The position numbers and the translations under genes were made by a program. A stretch of DNA of 64,000 bases, taken from contig NW_021835992.1 in assembly GCF_006345805.1 (NCBI RefSeq), positions 62,001 through 126,000 on the forward strand, in the 5' to 3' direction. The notes below the pieces were generated by a model, which was not told where the DNA came from, did not search any database, and saw only the letters and a list, made by a program, of their open reading frames with translations. This document shows, in pieces, positions 50,668-62,927 of this stretch. Position 1 is the first letter of the stretch. Every line of letters starts with the position of its first letter. Source of the stretch: Octopus sinensis (lineage: Eukaryota).

Positions 50668-52937
50668 TATCAAATTTAGTGATTAATAGAATGGTTAAAT
50701 ATTAATTGCAATTAAGATTTAATTCATAAAATACAAGTTAATCTAATCATTATTTATTCTATTTTTCACGTCTATGATTATCGATTCATTTATATTCATT
50801 AATATACATAAAAAAGTTGAAATTAAATAAACTAATATTTGAAGATCAAACAAAAAATAAAAATTAAATCCTAATTATTATTTCTTTTCGCTTTAGGAAA
50901 AATACATTGTTTTCCGGCCATGATCAATATCTCTTCTCTTTAGGAAACCAACTTCTTTCGAAATTTAATTGACATACTCGGTTATTTTCTTGGAGCGATA
51001 GGAATATTTGTTGACTTTACAATTTTATTGTTGTCCGTCTTAATCCAATGTCAGTATAATTAAAACTATCATGACGTTCATAAAAAAATATTTCTAATAA
51101 AAGCAAGCTATTTTGTAAAGAAATATTCAATTTGAAAGGTAAGAAACTAATTCAATGTTTTCATTGGATATTATAATTTGATGTTCATAGATGAGTAAAA
51201 ATACTAATCCCCAGTTTTTAACCTTGAAATTTTCGGTTTCATTTGATTTAATTTATTTTCACACCGTATTGAACTTACTATTGCGAAATCTCAGCCTAGT
51301 TTTAGCTGATAAAAGAATAGGTACATGAAAAAGAGTTGGTAAATTCATTTGTTTGTATTGTTTAATTAATGACTTAGAGCTACCACAACCCTAAGTAAAT
51401 TAATGTAAATTTTTTAAAAATTCACTAAAACTATTTGTGATGCAATAAAACCAAAAAACTGTCACAACTTACACACACAAAATATTAAAAAACCACCAAT
51501 AATCAATTAAATTTTGAACCTGATTAATTTTTGATTCCTATTACAAATTCATATTCATCAGTATTAATCATTTAATAGTAAAAATGTACTAACTCTATCT
51601 GGATATATCAGAATCATGATGGTTGTTTTATAAACATAGAATCCAAAAAAATTAAACCTAATTAATTTAGAAAATGTGTAATATTGCTGCTATTGTGCGA
51701 TTAAGAAAAATTTTTTAATAGCACTTGAAAAATGTCCATGACCGCTAAAAAGACGGTTAAGAGTGTTTAAAGGTATACGATCTATAGAGCAGATTCTCAA
51801 TTTTTGTTCATGTTAGATATTTTGTCGCTTTGAAATTTATCGCCCCCTGGTCACTACAATTTAAAAAATTTTTTAATTGTACCTAATTGGTTGTTTTTGT
51901 ACATAACTCAAAAATCAAAATATAAAATTAAAATCAAATGTAAAAAATGAATTTTGATTAAAAAATTATTACTGAGACATTGATATTGATGTTTACTCGC
52001 TTAAATATTCTATTCGGGTTTAATCTGCTCAAACTTTGGAAATATCGCCTCTATAACACAATTCCAGTCTATTTTTTCACATTGGTATTATGATTACAAA
52101 ACTAAAATCCACTTAACCAAATGTGCGTAGGGAATGTCAATAGTAATTACTCATTTCCTTCATAATTTGGAAAATTCATTTGTAGATCTTTTTGATTGCC
52201 ACCAAAATTTATATATAGATAACATCTGTTGAAATCTGTGAATATATTCTTTCATTATATTTAAATTCAATTATCTCTTTGGATTGTTTTGTTCATATCC
52301 TTCTGGCAACTATGAAAACGAGATAATCATCCATGCTTCAAATTCCAAATCAAACAATCTTGAATCTAAGAGATATATCCGATTCTAGTTCCGTCAAATG
52401 TTGCAAGTCAAAATATTTTGACTAACTATTTATTATCTCAAAGTTGTGAAATTTTTCCAAACTGATTTGAAAAATTATGTCGATAAACCAATAATTTTTT
52501 CAAAATGTTTCATTATTCTTTGCAATCAATAATGTGACAAAATTCCTTGAAGAAGATAGTTATTTCATTAATTTTGAGTCTAAATTATTAGATTGCCATT
52601 AAAAATATTCTAATTAAACAATTTTAATAAATATAAATTTATTTTTTTAATCTTCATTTAGCCTGGTATCATGACTGGGTTTCTCCACGGAAATCCTTTG
52701 GAAATGGAACCAAAGAAATATCTGTTATTATCGCATTGTGCTACAAAATATCGCCCCCTTGTACAAAAATTTTCGCCCTAAGGGACGATTTAAAAGGTTA
52801 GAAACCTGTATAGGAATGGTGGAGTAAATTGATCTAGTCAATCTATAGTTGAAATATAATTACATTTTTTGCTAAAATATTAAAATTTAATCATTAATAA
52901 TAAGGAATAAATTTTAAAGTATTTAGGCTGGAAAAAA

Positions 52938-53660
52938 TTAACAAAAATTTGGTCTTTCTTCCAAAATATTCTTAAAGTGGGCAAACAAATCATAAAAAAT
53001 CTGAATATTATCATTGAAACAAACTTTCTGATAATCTCTATTTCCATCAATTCTAAACAGTAAACCCATTTCGTCATAGAGATCCAAAATTGGTGATGTT
53101 GAGTTACAAAAAGTCTTAACTCTTAATAATAAGATTTTGTGAATAACCTTTTATCAAAGATTTCTATTTCGAAATCACTCCGATTCCTTTCCAAACAACG
53201 TTGATAACAAATCTATTAGTATTTATTCCAAATAGTACATCAAATGGACAATCCAAACAAATGACACTTTTTAAAATAACTTGTTGTCCCATTATTCTAT
53301 TCCACCCATCATAGTTGTCACGATTTCGTGGGAAGCCATCAATTATAAAATTTTTGCAAGATGATTTTTCCATTTTCTTCAATTTGTTATAACAAAAAAC
53401 GTTTTTTATTAAACTGCAGGTTATTTCCACTGGGAGTAATATAGAGTTTCTGACGTTGTATTTGATAGTTTCGTAAAATTCTGAATTTGGACAATTAAGC
53501 TCATCTCGTATCAACGAACCGGCCGAAATGTGTTCACAGTCAAAATGCTAGTTAATTTACACATTTTAATCGTTACCTTAGCCAATAGATTGCACTGAGT
53601 TCCCTTTCCTGAACATAATGGTCCAAGAAAAAATACGATATTTTTTTTGATATCGGACAT
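52938..53660 (-). CDS. CMPK1: UMP-CMP kinase-like (adenylate kinase family), divergent
   Basis: IVFFLGPLCSGKGTQC..HISAGSLIRDE..PVEIT..FIIDGFPRN. Introns of 24-29 nt. Confidence 0.82.
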
Positions 53661-54461
53661 TTTGAAATTAGAAAATTTATTTATTTACGAATATTTGAAG
53701 AAAAAATTAACAATTTTTTATGATTTTAATAATACTAAAAAAATACAGATTTACTCTTTTGGAAAAAATAAGCCTGAGATATTCCCCCCATCTGCTGATC
53801 AAGACTACTTCAAAACTTCCCTGTCGTGCTGGCAAAGAAGTTATCGGATTAAGAAACATCTGTCTTTATGATTTTGTTATTTCTGAATCCCCGATGTGAC
53901 CTTTGCTCTTATGGCAAATTCGTAAGACTTTGAAGTTCTTACTACACGCATAACAAAAGTGGAGTTCAATGTCGCCTTCTTTCTTTTGATAAAATTTTTT
54001 TATCCCAAATCTTATTTTTCTTTACCGCCCACTCCCTGCTATCAGTCTGAAAACTGTTATCGGCTTTTGAAATAATTGTGTCCTGCTTGTTGACAATGAT
54101 TTTAAACATTTTTATTTATTTAGAAAACGTTTAATGGGAGAACTTCCCAATCCAGAACGATACATCAGTTTTCACAGCTGTGTTGACCTCTCCGTACTTT
54201 GTTATTTTTCATCTATGGCAGCTTCTTGAATCTCATAACTTTGTTTCCTTCCCTTGCTCTGACAGTCTTAGTTGGTTTGGTCTTCGTCCGCGAATTCAAA
54301 GCGTTCAGAGAAAATAAAAATCGGTTCGGTTTGAAAAATGAGGCCACATAGTTGTGTTTGTTGCGGGACTATTGACGCAAACTGTCTCCATTTTTCACAT
54401 ACAAACAAAGTGGTGGAAACAGATGCCAGTTTGTACCAATTGATGTAATCATGGAAAATTT

Positions 54462-54533
54462 AGCCCCCAGAGGGAATCGAACCCCCGACCCTTGGTTTAC
54501 AAGACCAATGCTCTACCTCTGAGCTATAAGGGC
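54462..54533 (-). tRNA. trnT-UGU: tRNA-Thr(UGU)
   Basis: GCCCTTATAGCTCAGAGGTAGAGCATTGGTCTTGTAAACCAAGGGTCGGGGGTTCGATTCCCTCTGGGGGCT folds as a cloverleaf with anticodon TGT. Confidence 0.95.
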
Positions 54534-54739
54534 ATTTTTTGGATTATAGTACTTTAAAAAAATTTTCAAATTGAATATTCTTTAATTGTACAAACAGATA
54601 ACAAAATATGAAAATGTACAAAATAAAAGGAAAACTAGCAATTAAATAAATAATTATTATAATAAGATTGATTTTTGAAATTTAAAAATCGCTGTATAAT
54701 AAAACTTCTTTAAGTTAGAAATGCTAAAAATCAAGAAAT

Positions 54740-54954
54740 ACAGTGCATTATCTCACTTTCATATATTTGCCCCGATCGCAGTGGAGACGTCGGGAGTCCT
54801 GGGTCTCAGAACTAAAAAATTCCTTATTAAACTGGGGGATTTGGCAAGCAGAAGGAGAAATGATCATCGGGAACGGACATGGCTTTTCCAACGCATATCA
54901 ATAGCCATCTTGCGTGGGAATTGTCATTCCATCTTATCCTCTGCTGCTAATTAA
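54740..54954 (+). mobile_element. CRE-like retroelement 3' fragment
   Basis: FAPIAVETSGVLG..LFQRISIAILRGNCHSIL. Confidence 0.8.
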
Positions 54955-57157
54955 ATACTAAATAATTAAATAGAATAAAATGATATTAAGAAAAAAAAAT
55001 TTCAAGTTAACTTTCCCACATTAGACTCCAATTATGGGTTTAAGTGCAAAGAATACTTTATTTTTTCGATTGCCACCGATAAACAATGAAGGTAAAAATC
55101 AATTAAGAATAAGGAAAGCATAACTCTGAGGAAGTTGTTGAATTCCTGAGATAAATGCTGGAAAGAGTCAATCTTTCTTAATTCAACAGATGATTTTGAG
55201 ATAAGAATCTCTCATGACAGTCACTATACTTATCATAGGACTCATACAGTTTCCAGCAGTCTAACAAGATTTTTCTGCGTGAATATCTCTTTTATTTATT
55301 ATTATTTTTTCCTCTCCCAGCCAATGTCTTATTAAAGTTATTTCTTTATCATGGCGAGAACGTGTCCGTGTAGATAGCGTTCCGTACGGGTGATCAGAAT
55401 GGTTGTGCCATAAGACAGATGCACCAGATAGGCGATTTTTGTATTCCTTTATGGTAGCCTCGATACTTCAGTCCTTCCTGACACTTTTGAGAGCAATTCT
55501 TAAGGTCAAACTTGACAGTCACCGTGGAGACAAGTGTGACTGAAGTGGAAGAATTCGCGCGCTGCATGTAAAACAGTTTCGGAGCTGTTGCCTATTCTCA
55601 CGCCCAGTTGCGGAAACTAGAAATCACATTCCTTGCAAAAGCTTTGGTTGCGACCAAGTGGAGGTAATACCTGACGGCAATCGGAAGAATATCATCCTGA
55701 ATTCAAGAAGGTATACAGAGAAAAGGAGATCGCAGACAAAGGAGGGATGTTTCCGGTCAGAATCCGGATGATCAGAGTGGTGATGGCCGAAACAAAGAGA
55801 GTTTCCGACTTCGGTGGGGAGTGTGAAATTCTTATTAGTTATTATTTTTTTAGTGTACTAATCTCTATTTAATTCAAAAATCATCCATAAATGTTTACTA
55901 AAATGATTGATTCAATAAAAATTAAACTATTCGTAATTTCTTTATGGAAGCTGATTTAATATCAGAAATATGTATTTGAAAAATTAGTTTTTAGAATTTC
56001 AATTTTTATCTGAATTAAAAGCTAATTTTTGATCTTTAATACAGATTAGACTAATAATCTTTTCTTTCCCTTTTCTAACAAATAAAATAATTTTATCGAA
56101 GACATTTACAGTCTTAGTACATAATTAATTGTGCTGTTTGATGAAAGGTTAAAGTCGAAATAAATCTTAAATAAAGAATAACTTTAAGTGATTTTTTTGT
56201 TTTAGAATAGCTAAAGTGCAAATTATTTTTAAAACTCAATAAGCGTAAATTTTTTATGAATCAAATAAATAAAGTTTGCTGTCTGGACATGCTGCTTTCT
56301 TCTCTTTATAACCAATCTGGCACAAAATCATTAACATTATGAAATGCTCGGTATAATAACCAAGTCATTAAATTAAGTGTTCAAATTGAATTTAATTTTA
56401 TAGGATACACAATTATTACTTTTGGAAAATGATTTTTTGCCGAAATTAAAAAACATATGTCTTCTATAATTGCCCTGTCATTATAAATTTTTGAAAGGCA
56501 AACGCCGTTTAAAAAAATAATATTGATTTTTTTGATCATATTCAGAGAAAATGCCGACTTATTGCTTTGAAGAGTTCTTTCGGACAATTATCTCTTTATT
56601 TTAATTTTTTCAAATCGAATTAAAAAATAAAAGAATGATTTTAAATTAACAAAAAATGTCATGTGAACTATTCTTTCATTTCCGAATAATTATTTTTTTA
56701 ATTCTAAAATCGAAGTAATTATTCCATCGAGAGGATTATTTTGTATTAATCTTCAAATTATTCAATTGTTTCTCGACTACCAAGTTATCAAAGCTCGAGC
56801 TAATCGACCATTAATATAAAATTTTAATCTTTTTGAAAACCGTCTTCTATGATTTTGAGGAAAGATATGGTCAAAAATGACAAAATCTGACAGAAGTTTA
56901 ATCATTTACTTATTTTAATTTATTTGATGGAAATTTTATTTCAACGGAGTGTATATTTATTGTTTTTTATGTGTCGGTTTATGCAGACACATTTTTAATT
57001 TAACAAAAGCTTTGCGCTGACGTTAAATACTATAAATGATATTTTTCCGTTAAAACCACAAATTATGAGCTACAGTTCTAACTATTGTCAAGTCACCCCC
57101 GTTTCAAAAAAAATTTTTAATGGCTACAGTAATTTTAAATTATCTCAAAATAATCAA

Positions 57158-58650
57158 ATGTTATGTGGTATTCAAACGGAATTTAGGTTCTAATATTTAT
57201 TTTAAAAATATTTTTAGTAAATCCAGAGAATCAAAAGAAATTGTGAATTCTGAAAATTACCGTAATGAAGGGTCTCCGTTCATGGTAATGTGTAAATTAT
57301 ATAGTGCCAAAACAATATAAGTTTATTTAGATATTGATAAAATGAATTAATTACTATATTAATTTAATAGGAACAGTATCATGTCACGCACCTGCATTAA
57401 AAACGCAGGTGTTATAGGCTGAGGGTTACTTGAGATTTTTTATATTCAAAAAACTGAATTTAATTTTGTTTAGGTGAATGGAATGGATCAACGGTCAGTT
57501 CGAACTATTAACATCTCGCCAGATGACTGTAATCAATTTTACCCGAATCATTATCCATTTTATTACCAGGTTTTTATACATAATTATGGTGGTAGCCTTC
57601 ATATGATCATAGTCGTCAATTTGGTCACCCTGCAGTGGATGCTCTCGAAATACCATCCACGTAAACTCACTAGCTATAATAATAGAACTTGTTATTCCGG
57701 GATTTATGATTTTGAAGTTTCATTTTCACAACCCGAAAAAGAAACGAAATCTACGAATTGGACAGTAAAATATTTTATTCCTAATTTGAATAGTATTCAA
57801 AATTGAATCATAAAGTCTACGTACGTCCATTTTGTCAATGTCCTGTGAGATTTTGTTGTAATTCTTCCACACCGAGTGGATTTGTTATTCGAGGAATGGC
57901 AGTTTATATGAAACCTGAACACGTTAAAGAAGTTGTAACAAGATGCCCAAACCACGCTTCTTCAGATCACAGTAATAATCGTGTTATATAAAAACTAAAG
58001 GTCACATAGCCCCATCTCATTTAGTTCGGTGTAGTGATAGAAATGCATTTTACTCTGACGATAATAAGAGAGAGAGTGTTATTGTCCCTTTTTCAACTCC
58101 CCAGCGTATCTTTGGAATATATAATCTTGCAGCGGGCTGCAAATGGTTAACATTTTTGTACCAATTCATGTGCTACGGGTCATGCACAGGCGGACTTAAC
58201 CGTAGGCCAATACAATTAGTCTTCACATTAGAAAACGAGTATTTAAAATTTTAAAAATTACTTAAAGGTCTTTTGCTGTGGTTGGAAGGAAGGTTGCGGA
58301 AGTGAGAATATGTGCATGCCCTGGTAGAGATCGGAGATCTGATGAAAAAACATCGAGTTTTTCCGAAAATAAAAAAAGAAAAAAATATACACAATCATCT
58401 TCAAAAATGCCAAAAAAATCTTTAAATTTTGATAAAAATGACCAGTATAATTTAAACGTAATTCTCGACGAATTATTATTTAGGTTCAAGGAGAGGGCAA
58501 TTTTCAATTACTCAAGACCATTCGAGATTACCTTTACTTTGTTTCAAATTCAAATATGGACGGGGACCAGAATTACATAGAGAAAATAAAAAGTCCATTA
58601 GAGTAATAACTTATTTTTATTTTATTAAATTAAATGAGATAATTGCATAA
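57158..58650 (+). CDS. TP53: p53/p63/p73-family transcription factor (DBD + oligomerization domain)
   Basis: Spliced: [106 protein letters not shown]. About ten introns, mostly 20-31 nt. Start codon uncertain. Confidence 0.93.
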
Positions 58651-59126
58651 AAGTAGTTCCTGTCATTAACTTATATTAAATGCATTATTGAAATTTATAA
58701 GACTCATATTTTTCAGTCCATCCATAACGACAGACAAAGAGGTTTAATGGATTAGAAATTTTAATTCACACTGTGTCAAAAATTTCCATAAAATAATAAT
58801 TCATTGATTGACTTGATAAATATATGAATTGATTTATTGATTTTAAATAATCAACAACTTAGACTGACGAACGCAAAAATTTCAATAAAAAACATTTATA
58901 TTAGTATTTTTCAACTTAAAAAATCATAAATAGATTTACAAAGAAAAACCAAACCTAAAGAATTAATAAGATCTTTATAAATCATTAAATAACATTTAAA
59001 AAGTCACGGTCGTCAAAATGTAGCTATATAATAAGTATTCAACAAAATTTAAAATTAATATATACAACACATTTTTCAAAATCATTTTAATAATGTCAGC
59101 CCAATAAAAAAGAGCATAATTCAAAA

Positions 59127-59229
59127 AGAGCTGGCACTTCCAGCGCGTCTCGGTTTTAAATCTTCGCGGGAACTGCCTCTCTATTCGAGCGCATAGTCGT
59201 AGGACTGACCCTCAAGTCGGTGACACTCT
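59127..59229 (+). ncRNA. Candidate structured small RNA A (unassigned)
   Basis: GC-rich island in AT-rich DNA with a terminal stem, flanking T-runs and a motif shared with candidate B. Strand uncertain. Confidence 0.3.
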
Positions 59230-59491
59230 AGATATTTTCTTTTTTCTCATAATAAAACTAAAAATAAAAAAATTGCAAAATAATCTTTTAAATGTATAAA
59301 ATATTGTAGAAATAACTTGTAAAAGTAATTTAATAATTTTGTAAATATTATTTATGAACAAAACAATAAAAAATAAACAGATGAGTAGCTTTGATTATAA
59401 AAAAAACATTAATAAAAGCAAATAAAAAATAAAACTTTTTATATTCTTATAAATAATTCGTCCTAAATATATTATGCCTGATGCAAAAAAC

Positions 59492-59632
59492 GAGCACCAC
59501 TTCCACTGTCAAAAGAAATCTTAATGTGGGTTTCGAAAAATGCTGAGGTTGTTTGTAGATGCGCTACGTTCGATTCGAAATTAAAGTGCGTCATGTGAGG
59601 TGCTCAATGCAGGTTGGCATACCTGCGTTTTT
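59492..59632 (+). ncRNA. Candidate structured small RNA B (unassigned)
   Basis: Terminal stem GAGCAC/GTGCTC, internal B-box-like GTTCGATTC, 3' hairpin gcaggt/acctgc followed by a T-run. Confidence 0.35.
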
Positions 59633-59749
59633 TTACCGTTATTCATTTAACTTTTATGATAAACTCGGGAGCACAGGAAAGAGGAATAGTAATCGTCTTA
59701 TTTATTAAAATTATATACAAAATATTTATTAATCTGCAGATTGAGTGTC

Positions 59750-60690
59750 TCTTATCAGCTATTAAAAAGAAAACTTTCCATTCAAAATTATTCGAATCAC
59801 TTGATAATGAGACTTTCTATATACAGACATCCTCAAAATTGATTGTAAAAGGAAATATTTCCCCTAAATCTGAAGCCATGTTCTTCCTTCTGCAGGACAG
59901 AAATATTTTCTCCCGCAAGCTTGGTTCGAAATGCCCACATAGCAAATCTTCTAATAAGACAGTCGACCATTTGGCAACTTGATGCAATAGAATGCTTAAT
60001 TCCGATTATACAGGCGACATAACGAAATTGTTAAATGCGTACACATGCACCTATGCAGAAAATTTGGATTCAAAAAATCAAAAAGGTTAGACTCACGCTA
60101 TCCAAAGCGTAATTACCAATGATCGTGCTGAACTACGAGTTGACACTACTATCCCTACCGAATCAAAAATTCAATATAACAAGCCGGACATTTTCCTATA
60201 CGACAAAAAATTAAGCTAGATATGGCTAATAGAGATTGGAGTTACGTGTGTGGATAATTTAAAAGCAGTTGAAGTTGAAAAACTTCATAAATATGATATC
60301 CTGGCAAGTGAATTAGAAATCATTTACAAAGCCAAAGTCAAAATACTTCCGATTGTCATTACCTGGGATGCAATCACCTCCAAGTATTTTAAAATATACA
60401 TGGATTGGCATTAAAGACAGTGTTCTGGCATACATCCAAACGATTGCATTAAAGAAGACGTTAGAAGGAATGTTCGTAGAATATAAACATGGTTTCGAAG
60501 AGATAATTACTAAAGCATTGATTCTCAACAAAGATTATGCAGTGTGGAACATTCACCAAATGGGAGCTATCTCGATGAAGAGGAGACATGATGAGGTGAC
60601 AAAAAACGAATACTCTGAGGAAGGACAAAATAATAGCAAGAGGATCACGAAGGTGATGCTGTTCAGGGAGGCCCAAGACCAGTAAATTGA
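59750..60690 (+). mobile_element. Degenerate R4-like RLE 3' fragment
   Basis: KGNISPKSEAMFFLLQDRN..KTVDHLAT..NKPDIF..IEIGVT..KLHKYDILASEL. Confidence 0.85.
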
Positions 60691-60708
60691 AAATTTTAAT
60701 TAATCTAA

Positions 60709-62748
60709 CTTTGTAACCTATTTCTCCGTGGGGACATATCCGAGCATGCCAGACTGCTCTTCTTCTCTGCGAACCTGTCTGCTTTGGGAAGAAAGACGGC
60801 GGCATCAGACCTATTGCCGTCGGGAACGTTTTTCGTCGCTTGTTTGCAAAGGTCGGATGCAAGCTTGTAATTCCTTCTATTAGCGACGAACTCCAGCCCA
60901 TTCAGTTGGGTGTGGGGGTACCTGGTGGGTGCGAGGCCTCGGTCCACGCTGCCCGGTGTTTCATTGAATCGGCTCGTCTCTCAGAGCGGCCCCAGTTATT
61001 ATTAAAATTGGATGTGAAGAACGCTTTCAATTCGCTCAATAGAAAGCATCTTCTTGAGGTTTGCAAGGCCAGAATTCCTTCTCTGCTGCCCTTCATTTTT
61101 CTTTCTTATGGTAACCCGACCCTCTTGGTTGCTGGCGATTCTTTCATTTCGTCTTCCTGTGGCGTACAGCAAGGCGATCCTTTGGGTCCTTTATTATTTG
61201 CCCTCTCGGTGGACTTTGTCGCCCGCAGGATTGCGTCCCCTCTTAATATTTGGTATTTGGACGACTGTACTATTGGTGGTCCGCCCGACATTTTGCTAAA
61301 CGACTTGCAATCTCTACTCCCGGCGTTGTCATCTATTGGTCTTGAAATCAATTCTCTAAAATCTGAAATCGTTAATCTTAACGTCGAAGACCTCACCTTC
61401 GAAGACCTTTTTGCCCAGTTTCGTGGCCTCTTGCCCGATCTGAGGCAGACCTCTTATTCTGAACTTGAAATCCTGGGTGCCCCGATCCACCACCAATCGG
61501 TCTCTCGTATTCTCGATTCCAAGAGAAATGCTCTTGCTTCTCTTTGTGATAAACTTGTGGACATCGATCCCCATCCCGCTTTTTTTATCCTCAAAAACTT
61601 TCTTTTGATTCCGAGGATCAATTATGTCCTAAGGAGTTCCTGTTGCTTTTCTGTTCCCTCTGCTTTGGAGTCTTTTGACGCTCTGGTGCGTTCTTCAGCC
61701 GAGATTATTTTTAACGTCAAGTTCGATGATGTCGGTTGGCGTCAGGCCAAACTTCCTGTTCCTTTTGGTGGGCTTGGGCTCCGCTCGGCTCTCGACATTT
61801 CTCTTCCCGCTTTCCTTTCATCGTCTTCAGGATTGTATCTTCTTGTCCATAAGATTCTTGAAAAATCGCCCGGATCTCGTTTGGACTCTGATATTAATTC
61901 TGCACTTTTGCTTTGGAAGGAAAAAGGGCTTGAGTTCCCTTCTGATAGGTCCCTCCAACGTGAATGGGATAAAATTCTTAGTAAGCATCATGCGGACTCG
62001 TTGGAGGCTCTCCTGAACCAGCACAGACTGGCTTGTTACCGTGCCAGCCGCCAACCGCATTCTGGCTCTTGGCTTAACTGCCTTCCTTCGACCCATTCGG
62101 ACACCTGTCTTGACTCCGACGCCCTCCGTTTTGGCATTTGCCTCCGCCTCGGACTTCCGATCTGTAGTCCCCACCCCTGCCGGTGCGGATCTACTATGGA
62201 CGTATACGGGCTCCATGCCCTCTCCTGCAAGAAAAGCGCGGGTCGTATTCCACGCCATTCGGCGATTAACAGAATCATTCTCGACTCACTCGAAAAGGCC
62301 GGCTACCCTTCTGTCCTTGAGCCTAAGGGTCTCGACCGTGGTGACGGGAAAAGGCCGGACGGCTCTACGTTGTTCTCGTTTTATTCTGGGAGACCTTTGG
62401 TCTGGGATTCCACTTGTGTGGATACCTTCTCAAAGTCTTTCATCAACGAATCGGCCTCTCTTGCTGGGTCTCGTGCTAATAAGGCTGAGCTTTCGAAGTG
62501 CCGGAAATATCAGTCTTTGATGGATGACTTTTGGTTTTGGCCAATCGTTGTCGAGACTTCCGGCGTCTTTGGCTCCGGGACCCTCACTTCCCTAAAGAAA
62601 TTGGGACATCTTTGTTCTTCGCGGTCCAAGGACCCTAGGGAATTTACTTTCCTCATTCAGAGGATCCTGCTGGCTGTCATGCGTGGCAACAGCTGTTCCC
62701 TCCGTCTCGCTGGGAGAATTTATTAGTTTGTTGACTTTACTTAGTCAG
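60709..62748 (+). mobile_element. CRE-like non-LTR retrotransposon (RT + zinc finger + RLE), 5'-truncated, 11-bp TSD
   Basis: KKDGGIRPIAVG, KLDVKNAFNS, GVQQGDPLGP, WYLDD, CRCG..HALSC, RH..IN, DGKRPDG. aattaatctaa at 60698-60708 and 62749-62759. Confidence 0.92.
60840..62726 (+). CDS. CRE-like RT-RLE protein (open 628-aa frame)
   Basis: Uninterrupted ORF from the middle of the RT domain to the RLE C-terminus. Confidence 0.88.
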   Translation: MFAKVGCKLVIPSISDELQPIQLGVGVPGGCEASVHAARCFIESARLSERPQLLLKLDVKNAFNSLNRKHLLEVCKARIPSLLPFIFLSYGNPTLLVAGDSFISSSCGVQQGDPLGPLLFALSVDFVARRIASPLNIWYLDDCTIGGPPDILLNDLQSLLPALSSIGLEINSLKSEIVNLNVEDLTFEDLFAQFRGLLPDLRQTSYSELEILGAPIHHQSVSRILDSKRNALASLCDKLVDIDPHPAFFILKNFLLIPRINYVLRSSCCFSVPSALESFDALVRSSAEIIFNVKFDDVGWRQAKLPVPFGGLGLRSALDISLPAFLSSSSGLYLLVHKILEKSPGSRLDSDINSALLLWKEKGLEFPSDRSLQREWDKILSKHHADSLEALLNQHRLACYRASRQPHSGSWLNCLPSTHSDTCLDSDALRFGICLRLGLPICSPHPCRCGSTMDVYGLHALSCKKSAGRIPRHSAINRIILDSLEKAGYPSVLEPKGLDRGDGKRPDGSTLFSFYSGRPLVWDSTCVDTFSKSFINESASLAGSRANKAELSKCRKYQSLMDDFWFWPIVVETSGVFGSGTLTSLKKLGHLCSSRSKDPREFTFLIQRILLAVMRGNSCSLRLAGRIY

Positions 62749-62927
62749 AATTAATCTAATCTATTAAAGGCGATTGTCATCTAACTTTTAATTCACGCTT
62801 TAATGATTAACATAAAATGATTGTGTATAAATAATCTTAAAAACTTTTAGTTTTAAATTGCTATTTTAAATTTGCACGTTTACTTTCTCGTTGGCTGTTT
62901 GTTTTGTAGTATTTAATTGTAGACGAA

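Noticed and set aside
54462-54954. tRNA-targeted insertion of the CRE fragment ~200 bp upstream of tRNA-Thr
   Set aside because: Single case; the other CRE copies have no adjacent tRNA.
55330-55830. GC-richer island, probably a degenerate retroelement piece
   Set aside because: No open frame or motif I could assign; left unannotated.
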